Source: Pseudonocardiales bacterium (GTDB taxonomy: Bacteria; Actinomycetota; Actinomycetes; Mycobacteriales; Jatrophihabitantaceae). Taken from it: DNA of 64,000 bases. How positions within the stretch are numbered: the stretch's first letter is position 1; every line of letters begins with the position of its first letter. Shown piece after piece: positions 18,291 through 26,801 of the stretch. The notes beneath the pieces are model-generated. The model did no database searches and was not told the DNA's origin. It worked only from the letters and a program-made list of their open reading frames with translations. The DNA lies in contig QHCC01000009.1 of NCBI GenBank assembly GCA_003243915.1, positions 5,653-69,652 of the forward strand. The letters run 5' to 3'. A program made the translations under genes and the position numbers.

Positions 18291-19175
18291 ATGAGCGCCG
18301 GCGACCGGACGGGCGTCGACGCCCCTGCCGCCGGGCCTCCACCCGCAGGGGGCGCTCGCGAGGTCGCAAGCCTGCTGCGCTCTCGACGCGAACGGCTGCA
18401 GCCCGCCGACGTCGGACTGCCCGGTTCCGCTCGCCGACGGACGCCGGGCCTGCGGCGGGAGGAGGTCGCGCAGCTCGCCGGCATCTCGACGACCTACTAC
18501 ACGTTCCTCGAACAGGGCCGCGATCTGAACCCGTCCCGTTCGGTGCTCGACGCGCTGGCCCGAGCCCTGCGCCTGGGACGTACCGAAGGCCTTCACCTGC
18601 ATGAGCTCGTACGCGGCGTCCCGGCGGGTCCGACGGCCGCGACGCGCGGCGCCGTCGAGACCGTGCCGTCGGCCCTGGTCGACCTCGTCGAGCGCCTCGA
18701 CCCGCACCCGACCTACGTCACCGGTCGCAGCTGGGATGTCCTCGCGGCCAATCGCGCCGCCCGAGCGTTGTGGACCGACTGGCCGGCCCTGCCGCTCGAG
18801 CAGCGCAATGTGCTGTGGTGGACCTTCATGGACCCCGCTGCCCGCACCGTGCTCGTCGAGTGGGAAAGCGAAGCATCGGCCCAGCTCGCGCGCTTCCGCA
18901 CCGCCGCCGCGCGGCACCCCGATGACATCGAGTTCGTCTCCCTCATCGAGCTCCTGCTGGACGGCTGCGCCGAAGTCAGAGAATGGTGGCCGCGGCACGA
19001 CGTCGCACCGCTGAGCTCCGGGCGCAAGCTGATCCGACATCCCACGCTCGGTGATCTCGAGTTCCAGCACCTCGTGCTGCAACTGGCCGACAACCCGGAC
19101 CAGAAGCTCGTCACATTCGCGGCCGAACAACAGCTCCAAGCCCGAATCGCGCAGCTGCTGAACACCGGGTCGTGA
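18291..19175 (+). CDS. XRE-type HTH regulator with MmyB-like ligand-binding domain
   Basis: 294 aa with LRSRRERLQPADVGLP...RRTPGLRREEVAQLAGISTTYYTFLEQGR. Divergent from the DLH-ABM pair. Confidence 0.8.
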   Translation: MSAGDRTGVDAPAAGPPPAGGAREVASLLRSRRERLQPADVGLPGSARRRTPGLRREEVAQLAGISTTYYTFLEQGRDLNPSRSVLDALARALRLGRTEGLHLHELVRGVPAGPTAATRGAVETVPSALVDLVERLDPHPTYVTGRSWDVLAANRAARALWTDWPALPLEQRNVLWWTFMDPAARTVLVEWESEASAQLARFRTAAARHPDDIEFVSLIELLLDGCAEVREWWPRHDVAPLSSGRKLIRHPTLGDLEFQHLVLQLADNPDQKLVTFAAEQQLQARIAQLLNTGS

Positions 19176-19346
19176 GCGGGTGGTGCCACCAGCCCGAGGC
19201 AGAGTCGCCGTGGGCGTCCGTGCACCGAACCCGCGTCCGGTGACGTCGGGCCGCCACGGTCTCCTCGGAGGAATTCATGACGAATTGTCGTTTCGTTACC
19301 GTGTCGTGTGCCGCGACGGCCGGCGACGTGGGTCAGAATGACGTGA

Positions 19347-19375
19347 GGCCCCTCCATGTATGAGATGGAGGGGCC
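19347..19375. terminator. 11-bp perfect hairpin without a U-tract, in a convergent intergenic region
   Basis: GGCCCCTCCAT (19347-19357), loop GTATGAG, ATGGAGGGGCC (19365-19375). Could terminate either strand. Confidence 0.4.
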
Positions 19376-19605
19376 CCACTCGGCCCAGCTGCACCGCCTA
19401 CCGATTGCTCGGCGGGCCCGCGTTGCCGGGTCGACCGCCGGTTCAGAACACCTACCTCCAGTGCCGGTCTCCCGGCCTCTCTTGGCTTCCAGGGTCGCCC
19501 CCGGATCGGTATCCGTTGCCTGCGATGGAGTAGTTCTACTGCGGGCGAGCGGCTCGCACAAGAGGAATCGGGGCGTTGTGTCGAGATTCTTTTGAGAATT
19601 TCTGA

Positions 19606-19678
19606 CCGTCCACAGAATGGCCACGGTTATCCCCAGAATTCGCGATTATCCACCGATCCGTCCACACCTGGATCCACA
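19606..19678 (+). repeat. Five same-orientation DnaA-box-like 9-mers
   Basis: CCGTCCACA 19606-19614, TTATCCCCA 19627-19635, TTATCCACC 19646-19654, CCGTCCACA 19658-19666, GGATCCACA 19670-19678. Each matches TT(A/G)TCCACA at 7-8 of 9 positions. The locally AT-richer context includes the palindrome ATTCTTTTGAGAAT. Confidence 0.5.
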
Positions 19679-19772
19679 AGAGGAGTCAATTTCTGTTCGG
19701 TATGCGAGGTCATTCAGCGCACGAGGATCGGGCCCGGGAAATCGCGCGGCGCAGTGGGCGGCGGCGGCACCG

Positions 19773-20561
19773 TCAGACCCGCGAGCGGATCTCCCACAGG
19801 TCGGGGAACGCGGGCCGGAACAGCGTCGAGCGCAGGTACTGCGCCCCCGCTGAGCCGCCCGTGCCGATCTTGGTGCCGATGATGCGTTCGACCATCTTCA
19901 CGTGCCGGTAGCGCCACTCCTGGATGCCCTCGTCGATGTCGACGAGGGCCTCGCACACTTCGGCCGGCGGCGCGGTGTCGTCCTGGTAGACATCGACGAG
20001 CAGGGCCTGGATGGTCATGTCGGCGTGCCAGGCGGCGCTGGGGTCGCGGTCCATGAACTCCGCTGGGACCTGGTAACCGGTCTTGGCCAGGTAGCGCAGC
20101 AACGAGTCGAAGACCGAGCGGCGGTGTAGTGCCGCGGCGAGCTGGGGCTCGTCCTCGTGCCCCGCGAAGTCGCGGCGCCCGAGCACAGCTTCGATCACCC
20201 GGAACTGGTTGGACTGGAAACCACTGGCTGATCCGAGCTCGGGGCGGAAGGACGCGAACTGCCTCGGAGTCATGGTCTCGAGCACATCGAGTTGGCCGAC
20301 GATCGTCTTCAGGATCTTCGCGATGCGGCGCGCGGTGGCCAGGGCACCCGCGCTCCCACCTTCCTCGAGCCGCACCTGCAGCAGGGCAGCCTCGTGCAGG
20401 ATCTGCTTGAACCACAGTTCGTAGACCTGGTGGATGATCACGAAGAGCATCTCGTCGTGCTGCTCGGTGGCAGGGGCCTGGCAGGCGAGCAGGTCGTCCA
20501 GGCGAAGGTAGCCGCCGTAGGTCGCGGGCACCGGATGGGCAGGCTGTGACGGCGTCGTCAT
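19773..20561 (-). CDS. kynA: Tryptophan 2,3-dioxygenase
   Basis: ORF 19773..20726. ATG 20561 gives MTTPSQPAHPVPATYGGYLRLDDLLACQ...HDEMLFVIIHQVYELWFKQ (263 aa). Confidence 0.85.
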   Translation of the reverse strand: MTTPSQPAHPVPATYGGYLRLDDLLACQAPATEQHDEMLFVIIHQVYELWFKQILHEAALLQVRLEEGGSAGALATARRIAKILKTIVGQLDVLETMTPRQFASFRPELGSASGFQSNQFRVIEAVLGRRDFAGHEDEPQLAAALHRRSVFDSLLRYLAKTGYQVPAEFMDRDPSAAWHADMTIQALLVDVYQDDTAPPAEVCEALVDIDEGIQEWRYRHVKMVERIIGTKIGTGGSAGAQYLRSTLFRPAFPDLWEIRSRV

Positions 20562-20610
20562 GTCACCATCATCGGTGATGAGTGATTTCGAGGGCAGGCC
20601 CCGGGTGCGC

Positions 20611-21216
20611 ATGACCGGGCGCGAGCGGCGCGAGCAACTGCTCGACGTCGGGCGGGCGCTGTTCGCCGAGAAGGGCTTCGAGGCGACGTCGATCGAGGAG
20701 ATCGCGGCGCGCGCGGGTGTCAGCAAGCCCGTCGTCTACGAGCATTTCGGGGGCAAGGAGGGGCTCTACGCGGTCGTCGTCGACCGCGAGATGAGTGACC
20801 TGCTCGACCGGCTCACGTCCGCGTTGTCCGCGGGCCATCCGCGCAAGCTGGTCGAGCAGGCCGCACTCGCGCTGCTCACCTACATCGAGGAGGAGACCGA
20901 CGGCTTCCGGATCCTCTCGCGCGACTCGCCGGTAGCCGGGTCGACGGGGACGTTCTCCTCGCTGCTGGGCGATATCGCCAGCCAGGTCGAGCACATCATG
21001 AGCCGCGAGTTCTCTGCCAGGGGCATCTCCACCAAGCTCGCGCCGATGTACGCGCAGATGCTCGTTGGCATGGTGGCGTTGACGGGCCAATGGTGGTTGG
21101 AGGAGCGCAAGCCCAAGCGCGAGGAGGTCGCGGCACACCTGGTGAACCTCGGCTGGAACGGCCTGGCTCACCTGGAGCCGAAACCAAAGCTGATCATGAA
21201 CGGCGACGAGGACTGA
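20611..21216 (+). CDS. TetR/AcrR-family transcriptional regulator
   Basis: MTGRERREQLLDVGRALFAEKGFEATSIEEIAARAGVSKPVVYEHFGGKEGLY. The longer ORF starts at ATG 20560, which would overlap the kynA start back-to-back, so 20611 is preferred. Positional counterpart of mycobacterial Rv1019. Confidence 0.8.
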   Translation: MTGRERREQLLDVGRALFAEKGFEATSIEEIAARAGVSKPVVYEHFGGKEGLYAVVVDREMSDLLDRLTSALSAGHPRKLVEQAALALLTYIEEETDGFRILSRDSPVAGSTGTFSSLLGDIASQVEHIMSREFSARGISTKLAPMYAQMLVGMVALTGQWWLEERKPKREEVAAHLVNLGWNGLAHLEPKPKLIMNGDED

Positions 21217-21289
21217 CGTCCTCGACCAACCAGTTACGGCCGGCACCGCGACTCACCCTGGGCAGCGACGGGTCGCGTACGCGTCGGGT

Positions 21290-21307
21290 GGTCACGTGCG
21301 CGTGACC
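21290..21307. terminator. Hairpin between convergent TetR and ABC-F genes
   Basis: GGTCACG-TGCG-CGTGACC, a 7-bp perfect stem with no clear U-tract. Confidence 0.3.
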
Positions 21308-21353
21308 GCTCGACGCATAGGCGACCACTCGCGGGGGGATGGGCCTCGCAGCC

Positions 21354-23087
21354 TCAGTCGTCGGTGAGTTCGAGCCAGGCGTGTTCCGCCGTCGCACGCT
21401 CGGCGACGACTGCCCGCAGCTCAGCGTCCAGCTCGGAGACTCGGGTGAAATTCGTGGCGCTCGCTGCGAGTTCGTCGTGCAGCGCCGCCTCGTGTTTGTC
21501 CAGCTGGGCAAGCTGCCGCTCGAGTCGGGTGAGCTCGCGGCGGGCGGCCCGCGAGTCGCCCTTGCGCTCGCGCCGCTGCGCTGCTGCGGAGGCACCGGCG
21601 CTGGCCCGTCGGGTGAGGTACTCCTCGACGCCGCCGGGCAGCGCGGCCAGCGATCCGTCGCCGAGCAGCGCCACCGTTGAGTCGCAGACCCGCTCGATGA
21701 GGTAGCGGTCGTGGCTGACGACGACCAGGGTGCCCACCCACGAATCGAGCAGGTCCTCCAGCGCCGCGAGGGTGTCGATGTCCAGGTCGTTGGTCGGCTC
21801 GTCGAGCAGCAGCACGTTCGGCTGGACGAGCAGCAGCCGCAGCAGCTGCAGGCGCCGCCGCTCGCCTCCGGAGAGGTCCGCAACGGGCGTCCACTGCCGA
21901 TCGCCGGCGAAACCGAACCGCTCGGCCAGCTGCGTCGCCGAGAGCTCGGTGCCGTCGAGCGTCGCGGTCGTGCGCACCTGCTGCACAGCCTCCAACAGGC
22001 GCAGTTCGCCGGGCAGCTCGGTGACCTCCTGCGACAGGTGGCCGGCATGCACCGTCTGCCCGATCTTCACGGTGCCGTCCGTGGGCGCCAGTTCTCCCGC
22101 CAGCAGTCGAAGCAGGTGCGTCTTTCCCGAGCCGTTCACCCCGATCACACCGATTCGATCGCCCGGCCCGACGTGCCACGTGACGTGGTCGAGCAGCGTG
22201 CGGTTGCCGACCTGCATCGTGACGTCCTCGACGTCGTAGACGCTGCGGCCCAGCCGGCGCTGGGCGAGTGAGCGCAGCTCGACCGACGATCGCGGCTCGG
22301 GCACGTCGCCGATCAGCGCCTCGGCGGCGTCGATACGGAACTTGGGCTTGGTGGTCCGCGCCGGTGGCCCGCGACGCAGCCAGGCGAGCTCCTTGCGCAG
22401 CAGGTTCTGACGCCGTGCCTCGGCCGTGTCGGACTGCTTGGCCCGCTCGGCCCGGGCCAGGACGTAGGCGGCGTACCCGCCCTGGTACTGCAGCACCGAC
22501 GCTGCGGTCACCTCCCAGGTGCGCTGGCACACCGCGTCGAGGAACCAGCGGTCGTGGGTGACGACCAGCAGTGCCCCGCGCCTGGCGGCGAGGTAGGTCG
22601 CGAGCCAGGTGATGCCCTCCACGTCGAGGTGGTTGGTCGGCTCGTCGAGGACGAGCAATGCAGCCTGCTGCACCAGGGCCCGGGCCAGGACGACGCGCCG
22701 CCGCTCGCCACCGGACAGCCGGGCGACGTCGGCATCCAGCCCGACTGCCGCCAGCCCGAGGCCGGTGAGCACCTCGCGGACGGCGGCATCGCCGGCCCAC
22801 TCGTGCTCCGCCGCGTCGCCCACGACGACGGAGCGGACACTGGAACCTGCCGGCAGGTGACCGCGCTGTTCGACCATCGCCACCCGCACCCCGCTGGTTC
22901 GCGTGACCCGTCCGCTGTCCGGCGGCTCGGCGCCGGTGATCATCCGCAGCAGGGTCGACTTGCCTCCGCCGTTGCGCCCCACCACGCCGATCCGTTCCCC
23001 GTCGGTGATGCCGAGGGATACGCCGTCGAGCACGGTCGTCGTCCCGTACGCCTTGGTGATGTTCTCGACGTTGACGAGGTTGACCAT
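21354..23087 (-). CDS. ABC-F family ATPase (two ABC domains, C-terminal coiled coil)
   Basis: ATG 23087 gives MVNLVNVENITKAYG... Two Walker A sites (GRNGGGKST, GVNGSGKT) and two LSGGERRR signatures. Its start overlaps the ispE stop (TGATG). Confidence 0.88.
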   Translation of the reverse strand: MVNLVNVENITKAYGTTTVLDGVSLGITDGERIGVVGRNGGGKSTLLRMITGAEPPDSGRVTRTSGVRVAMVEQRGHLPAGSSVRSVVVGDAAEHEWAGDAAVREVLTGLGLAAVGLDADVARLSGGERRRVVLARALVQQAALLVLDEPTNHLDVEGITWLATYLAARRGALLVVTHDRWFLDAVCQRTWEVTAASVLQYQGGYAAYVLARAERAKQSDTAEARRQNLLRKELAWLRRGPPARTTKPKFRIDAAEALIGDVPEPRSSVELRSLAQRRLGRSVYDVEDVTMQVGNRTLLDHVTWHVGPGDRIGVIGVNGSGKTHLLRLLAGELAPTDGTVKIGQTVHAGHLSQEVTELPGELRLLEAVQQVRTTATLDGTELSATQLAERFGFAGDRQWTPVADLSGGERRRLQLLRLLLVQPNVLLLDEPTNDLDIDTLAALEDLLDSWVGTLVVVSHDRYLIERVCDSTVALLGDGSLAALPGGVEEYLTRRASAGASAAAQRRERKGDSRAARRELTRLERQLAQLDKHEAALHDELAASATNFTRVSELDAELRAVVAERATAEHAWLELTDD

Positions 23088-24016
23088 CAGCCGACCACGC
23101 GAGCACCCGGAACCGGCCCGACGGCGACGCGGGTCGTGCGGCAGACGCCCTCGGCGGCGAGTGAGGCGGCGAGCCGGTTCGCCGCGCGCGCGTCGGCGCA
23201 CAGGAACGCGCACGTCGGTCCGGATCCGCAGACGATGCCGGCAATCGCGCCGAGGTCCGCGCCCGCGGTGAGGGTGCGGCGCAATGACGGGGCCAGGGCG
23301 AGTGCGGCCGGCTGCAGGTCGTTGGTCAGTGCGGCGCCCGCGCGATGCGGATCGCCCGCCCGCAGTGCGTCGAGCAGTACCTCGGGTCGGCCGGCGGGTT
23401 GGCGCGCGTCACCGGCGGCGCGCTGGCGGTCGAGCTCACGGTAGGCGTCGCCCGCCGAGATCCCGAAGGCCGCCAGCGCGAGCACCCAATGAAGCCGGCC
23501 GGTCGTCAGGGCGGGGGTGAGCACCTCACCGCGCCCGGTCCCCAGAGCCGTGCCGCCGAGCAGCGGGAACGCCACGTCGCTGCCCAGGCGTGCCGCGAGA
23601 TCGAGCAGGTCGGCCCTCGATGTACGGGTGCGCCACAGGGTCGCGCACGCGACCAGGGTGGCCGCCGCGTCGGCGGACCCCCCGGCCATGCCGCCCGCGA
23701 CCGGGATCGCCTTGGTGATGTCGAGCAGGGCGTCGGGCGGGACGTGTGCATGCTCGGCCAGCATCGCCGCCGCGCGCCATGCGATGTTCTGCGGATCGGT
23801 GGGCACGTGAGCCGACCCCTCCCCGGACACGCGCACCGTGAGGCCGACAGCGGGACGGGCCGTCACCTCGTCGGCGAGATCGATCGCCTGGAACACCGTG
23901 ACCAGCTCGTGGAAACCGTCGTCGCGCAGGTCTCTGACACCGAGGTGCAGGTTGACCTTCGCCGGGACGCGCACCCGAACGCCAGGCCCGGATTCGACGG
24001 ATGGCACTGGCCCCAT
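23087..24016 (-). CDS. ispE: 4-diphosphocytidyl-2-C-methyl-D-erythritol kinase
   Basis: ATG 24016 gives 309 aa with VPAKVNLHLGV and IPVAGGMAGGSADAAATL (GHMP kinase motif). Confidence 0.88.
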   Translation of the reverse strand: MGPVPSVESGPGVRVRVPAKVNLHLGVRDLRDDGFHELVTVFQAIDLADEVTARPAVGLTVRVSGEGSAHVPTDPQNIAWRAAAMLAEHAHVPPDALLDITKAIPVAGGMAGGSADAAATLVACATLWRTRTSRADLLDLAARLGSDVAFPLLGGTALGTGRGEVLTPALTTGRLHWVLALAAFGISAGDAYRELDRQRAAGDARQPAGRPEVLLDALRAGDPHRAGAALTNDLQPAALALAPSLRRTLTAGADLGAIAGIVCGSGPTCAFLCADARAANRLAASLAAEGVCRTTRVAVGPVPGARVVG

Positions 24017-24116
24017 GGTAGTGCTCGCTGCGGTGATCGCAGTGTGCCCGCCGGACGGCCGCTGAGCTGAGTTGATCGACATCGTCCACGGTGTCTGCCG
24101 CACCGATACTGGTGGC

Positions 24117-24524
24117 ATGGGATATCACGACACCTTGATAGCCGTCGCCGGTGACTGCCCAGCCACGACCGGGGTCGCTCCCCAGTTGCGGGACGGTAGG
24201 CGCACTGTGGCAGTCCTGCATTTCGAGTTGATCGGCTCGAGCCCGTACGCGCTGACCCAGGAGGACGTGCTGTTCCAGACCTGGCTCGCGCAACAGAACC
24301 CCGCACCCGCCGGTGATCTCGCGGCGCTGCGCGAGCAGTTCTTCGATCAGCCGCGGGCCTGCCTGCGCGCCTCCCCGCTGCCCAAGCGCTACGGCTGGGG
24401 GGTGCACTTCGACGCCGCTGGGCGCACCGCCCTGCATGCGGTGGACTCCGCCGAGTACGCGGCACTGGCCGATCGGGATGCGGCCGCGGTGCTGCCGGCT
24501 TTTCGGGCCCGCCGCGCCGGCTGA
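24117..24524 (+). CDS. Small conserved hypothetical protein (resembles the DUF6157 type)
   Basis: ATG 24117 gives MGYHDTLIAVAGDCPATTGV...PYALTQEDVLF...RACLRASPLPKRYGWGVHFD. Family assignment is from memory only. Confidence 0.5.
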   Translation: MGYHDTLIAVAGDCPATTGVAPQLRDGRRTVAVLHFELIGSSPYALTQEDVLFQTWLAQQNPAPAGDLAALREQFFDQPRACLRASPLPKRYGWGVHFDAAGRTALHAVDSAEYAALADRDAAAVLPAFRARRAG

Positions 24525-24621
24525 AACGCCCTCGGCGAAAACTCGTACCCCGTTGTCCGGGGTGCACCCTAGGGTGGGCGAGTTGCCGGACCGGCACCGA
24601 CCGACACACGCGGAGGCAGGC

Positions 24622-25638
24622 ATGGTGGACGTGATCCGGGCGACCGGACTCGTCAAGACGTATGGGGAGTTGCGGGCGCTGGACGGGCTCGACCTGGCCG
24701 TGCCCGAGGGCACCGTGCTGGGTGTGCTCGGGCCGAACGGCGCGGGCAAGACCACTGCGGTGCGCATCCTGACGACGCTGCTGCCGGCCGACGCCGGTTC
24801 GGCCGAGGTGGCCGGTTTCGACGTCGCGCGCCAGCCGGGCAAGGTGCGGGAGCAGATTGGGCTCTCGGGGCAGTACGCGGCGGTAGATGAGTACCTGACC
24901 GGTTACGAGAACCTCGACATGGTCGGGCGTCTCTACGGTCTGGGCGCCCGCAGATCCCGGGAGCGGGCTCGCGAACTGCTCGAGAGGTTCACCCTCGCCG
25001 AATCGGCAGATCGCCCGGTGAAGACGTACTCCGGCGGGATGCGGCGGCGCCTCGACCTCGCTGGGGCGCTGGTGGCCCAGCCTGCGGTGCTCTTCCTCGA
25101 CGAGCCCACGACCGGCCTCGATCCGCGCGGGCGCACCGACATGTGGGAGGTCATCGTCGAGCTGGTCAAGTCCGGCACCACGCTGCTGCTGACCACCCAG
25201 TACCTCGAGGAGGCCGACCGGCTGGCCGACGACATCCTCGTCATCGACCACGGTCGGGCGATCGCCCAGGGCACCGCGGACGAACTCAAGGCACAGGTCG
25301 GAGGTGAGCGCGTGGAGATAGTCGTCGGCACCCCGGCCGACCTCGCCAGCGCGCAGGCTGTGCTCGCCGGGCTCGCCGACGGCCCGGTCGTGGTCGACGA
25401 ACACACTCGCCGGATCACTGCTCCGGTCAAGGGCGGGGCCGGCGTGCTCATGGAGGCGCTGCGCCGCCTGGACACCGAGGGCGTCGCGGTGCTCGACGTC
25501 GCGCTGCGTCGCCCGACGCTCGACGACGTCTTCCTGACCCTCACCGGGCACGCCGCAGAGGCCGAGGAGCAGAACAAGGGCAAGGGAAAGGGAAGGAAAC
25601 CAACGACCGCGCAGCTCGAGGAGACATCCACCCGATGA
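24622..25638 (+). CDS. ABC transporter ATP-binding protein (DrrA/ABC-2 type)
   Basis: ATG 24622 gives MVDVIRATGLVKTYGELRALDGLDL...GPNGAGKTT, YSGGMRRRLDL, LFLDEPTTGLD. Confidence 0.88.
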   Translation: MVDVIRATGLVKTYGELRALDGLDLAVPEGTVLGVLGPNGAGKTTAVRILTTLLPADAGSAEVAGFDVARQPGKVREQIGLSGQYAAVDEYLTGYENLDMVGRLYGLGARRSRERARELLERFTLAESADRPVKTYSGGMRRRLDLAGALVAQPAVLFLDEPTTGLDPRGRTDMWEVIVELVKSGTTLLLTTQYLEEADRLADDILVIDHGRAIAQGTADELKAQVGGERVEIVVGTPADLASAQAVLAGLADGPVVVDEHTRRITAPVKGGAGVLMEALRRLDTEGVAVLDVALRRPTLDDVFLTLTGHAAEAEEQNKGKGKGRKPTTAQLEETSTR

Positions 25639-26444
25639 GCGCCATGACCATCCAGAAGGCACTCGGCGACGGCGCGATAGTCGCCAAGCGGAACCTGATC
25701 AAGATCAAGCGGGTCCCGGACCTGTTGGTGTTCTCGACGATGTCGCCGATCATGTTCATCCTGCTGTTCGCCTACGTGTTCGGCAGTGCAATCCACGTGC
25801 CCGGGCTCAGCTACCGCGAGTTCCTGATTCCCGGCATCTTCGCCCAGACCGTCATCTTCGGCGCCACCATCACTGGCGCCGGGCTTGCCGACGACATCCA
25901 GAAGGGCATCATCGACCGCTTCCGGTCGTTGCCGATGTCGCGTTCGGCGGTGCTGGTAGGGCGTACGACCAGCGACGTGCTCAACAACGTGCTGGTCATC
26001 ACCATCATGTCGCTCACCGGCCTGGCGGTGGGCTGGCGGATCCGTTCATCGGTGTTCGAGGCGGCCGGCGGGTTCCTGCTGCTGCTCCTGTTCGCGTACG
26101 CGATCTCGTGGATCATGGCGTGGGTCGGGCTGATCGTCCCCACCCCCGAGGTCGTCAACAACGCCTCCTTCATGATCATCTTTCCGCTGACGTTCGTCGC
26201 GAACACGTTCGTCCCGACCAACGGTTTCCCGCATGGACTCCGGGCGATCGCCAACTGGAACCCGGTGTCGTCGGTGACTCAGGCGGCGCGCGAGCTGTTC
26301 GGCAACACCAGCGACAAGTTCCCGGCGCCGAAGGACTGGTCGCTGCAGCATCCGGTGCTCTACACGCTGGCCTGGGTCGTGCTGCTGCTCGCCGTCTTCA
26401 TCCCTTTGTCGGTGCGTCAGTACAAACGCGCCGCGAGCCGCTGA
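25635..26444 (+). CDS. ABC-2 type transporter permease (DrrB-like)
   Basis: 269 aa with six hydrophobic segments. ATGA overlap with the ATPase gene. Confidence 0.85.
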   Translation: MSAMTIQKALGDGAIVAKRNLIKIKRVPDLLVFSTMSPIMFILLFAYVFGSAIHVPGLSYREFLIPGIFAQTVIFGATITGAGLADDIQKGIIDRFRSLPMSRSAVLVGRTTSDVLNNVLVITIMSLTGLAVGWRIRSSVFEAAGGFLLLLLFAYAISWIMAWVGLIVPTPEVVNNASFMIIFPLTFVANTFVPTNGFPHGLRAIANWNPVSSVTQAARELFGNTSDKFPAPKDWSLQHPVLYTLAWVVLLLAVFIPLSVRQYKRAASR

Positions 26445-26459
26445 GCTCTGCCTCGTCCG

Positions 26460-26602
26460 CCCCGCTGGTGCCCGCGGCAGCACTTGTTTTCCCCGCTGGT
26501 GCCCGCGGCGGCACTTGTTTTCCCCGCTGGTGACCGGTTTCGTGGGTGCAAACCGAGCACCAGCGGGGAAAACAGGACGGTGACCGAGCACCAGCGGGGA
26601 AG
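26460..26602. repeat. 31-nt-period array: about 2.4 forward and 2 inverted units forming a long nested hairpin
   Basis: Forward units CCCCGCTGGTGCCCGCGGC(A/G)GCACTTGTTTT at 26460 and 26491, with a partial unit at 26522. Inverted ACCGAGCACCAGCGGGGAA at 26552 and 26583. A 15-bp perfect stem pairs 26518-26532 with 26558-26572, plus an inner CGGTTT/AAACCG stem. Confidence 0.85.
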
Positions 26603-26801
26603 TGTGCAAGCGCTGATCGCGCTGCTCGGTCGGGCCCGTGATCACGAGGTTGCGCGCGGCCGGTAAGCTGCAGGGGTTGCCCCGGCGAGGGATTCGCTCG
26701 TAGTTCGAGCCTCCGTCATCGACGCGGTGTTGCTCGTCGACGCGCGTCCCGCGTCCGAGGCACCGCGTTCATCAGTCAGTGAGATTCAGAGGAGTAGTGC
26801 C

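Noticed and set aside
19200-19600. tmRNA, RNase P RNA, SRP RNA or 6S RNA
   Set aside because: I found no GAGGAAAGTCC-type RNase P core, no tRNA-like 3' end (..TCCACCA) or tag ORF, and no SRP GGAA/AGCA tetraloop helix. 6S cannot be judged by eye, so no class was assigned.
19606-19678. Chromosomal origin of replication
   Set aside because: There is no dnaA, dnaN, rpmH or gyrB context and no extended AT-rich unwinding element. The flanking genes are convergent accessory genes. It is kept only as a DnaA-box-like cluster of unknown role.
23526-25662. 438-aa and 599-aa minus-strand ORFs over the ispE 5' end, the DUF gene and the ABC ATPase
   Set aside because: They overlap plus-strand genes with clear Walker/ABC signatures, have low-complexity composition, and have no RBS context.
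26460-26602. Possible CRISPR array (regular 31-nt repeats)
   Set aside because: The units abut without unique spacers, half of them are inverted, there are only about 4.4 units, and no cas genes are present.
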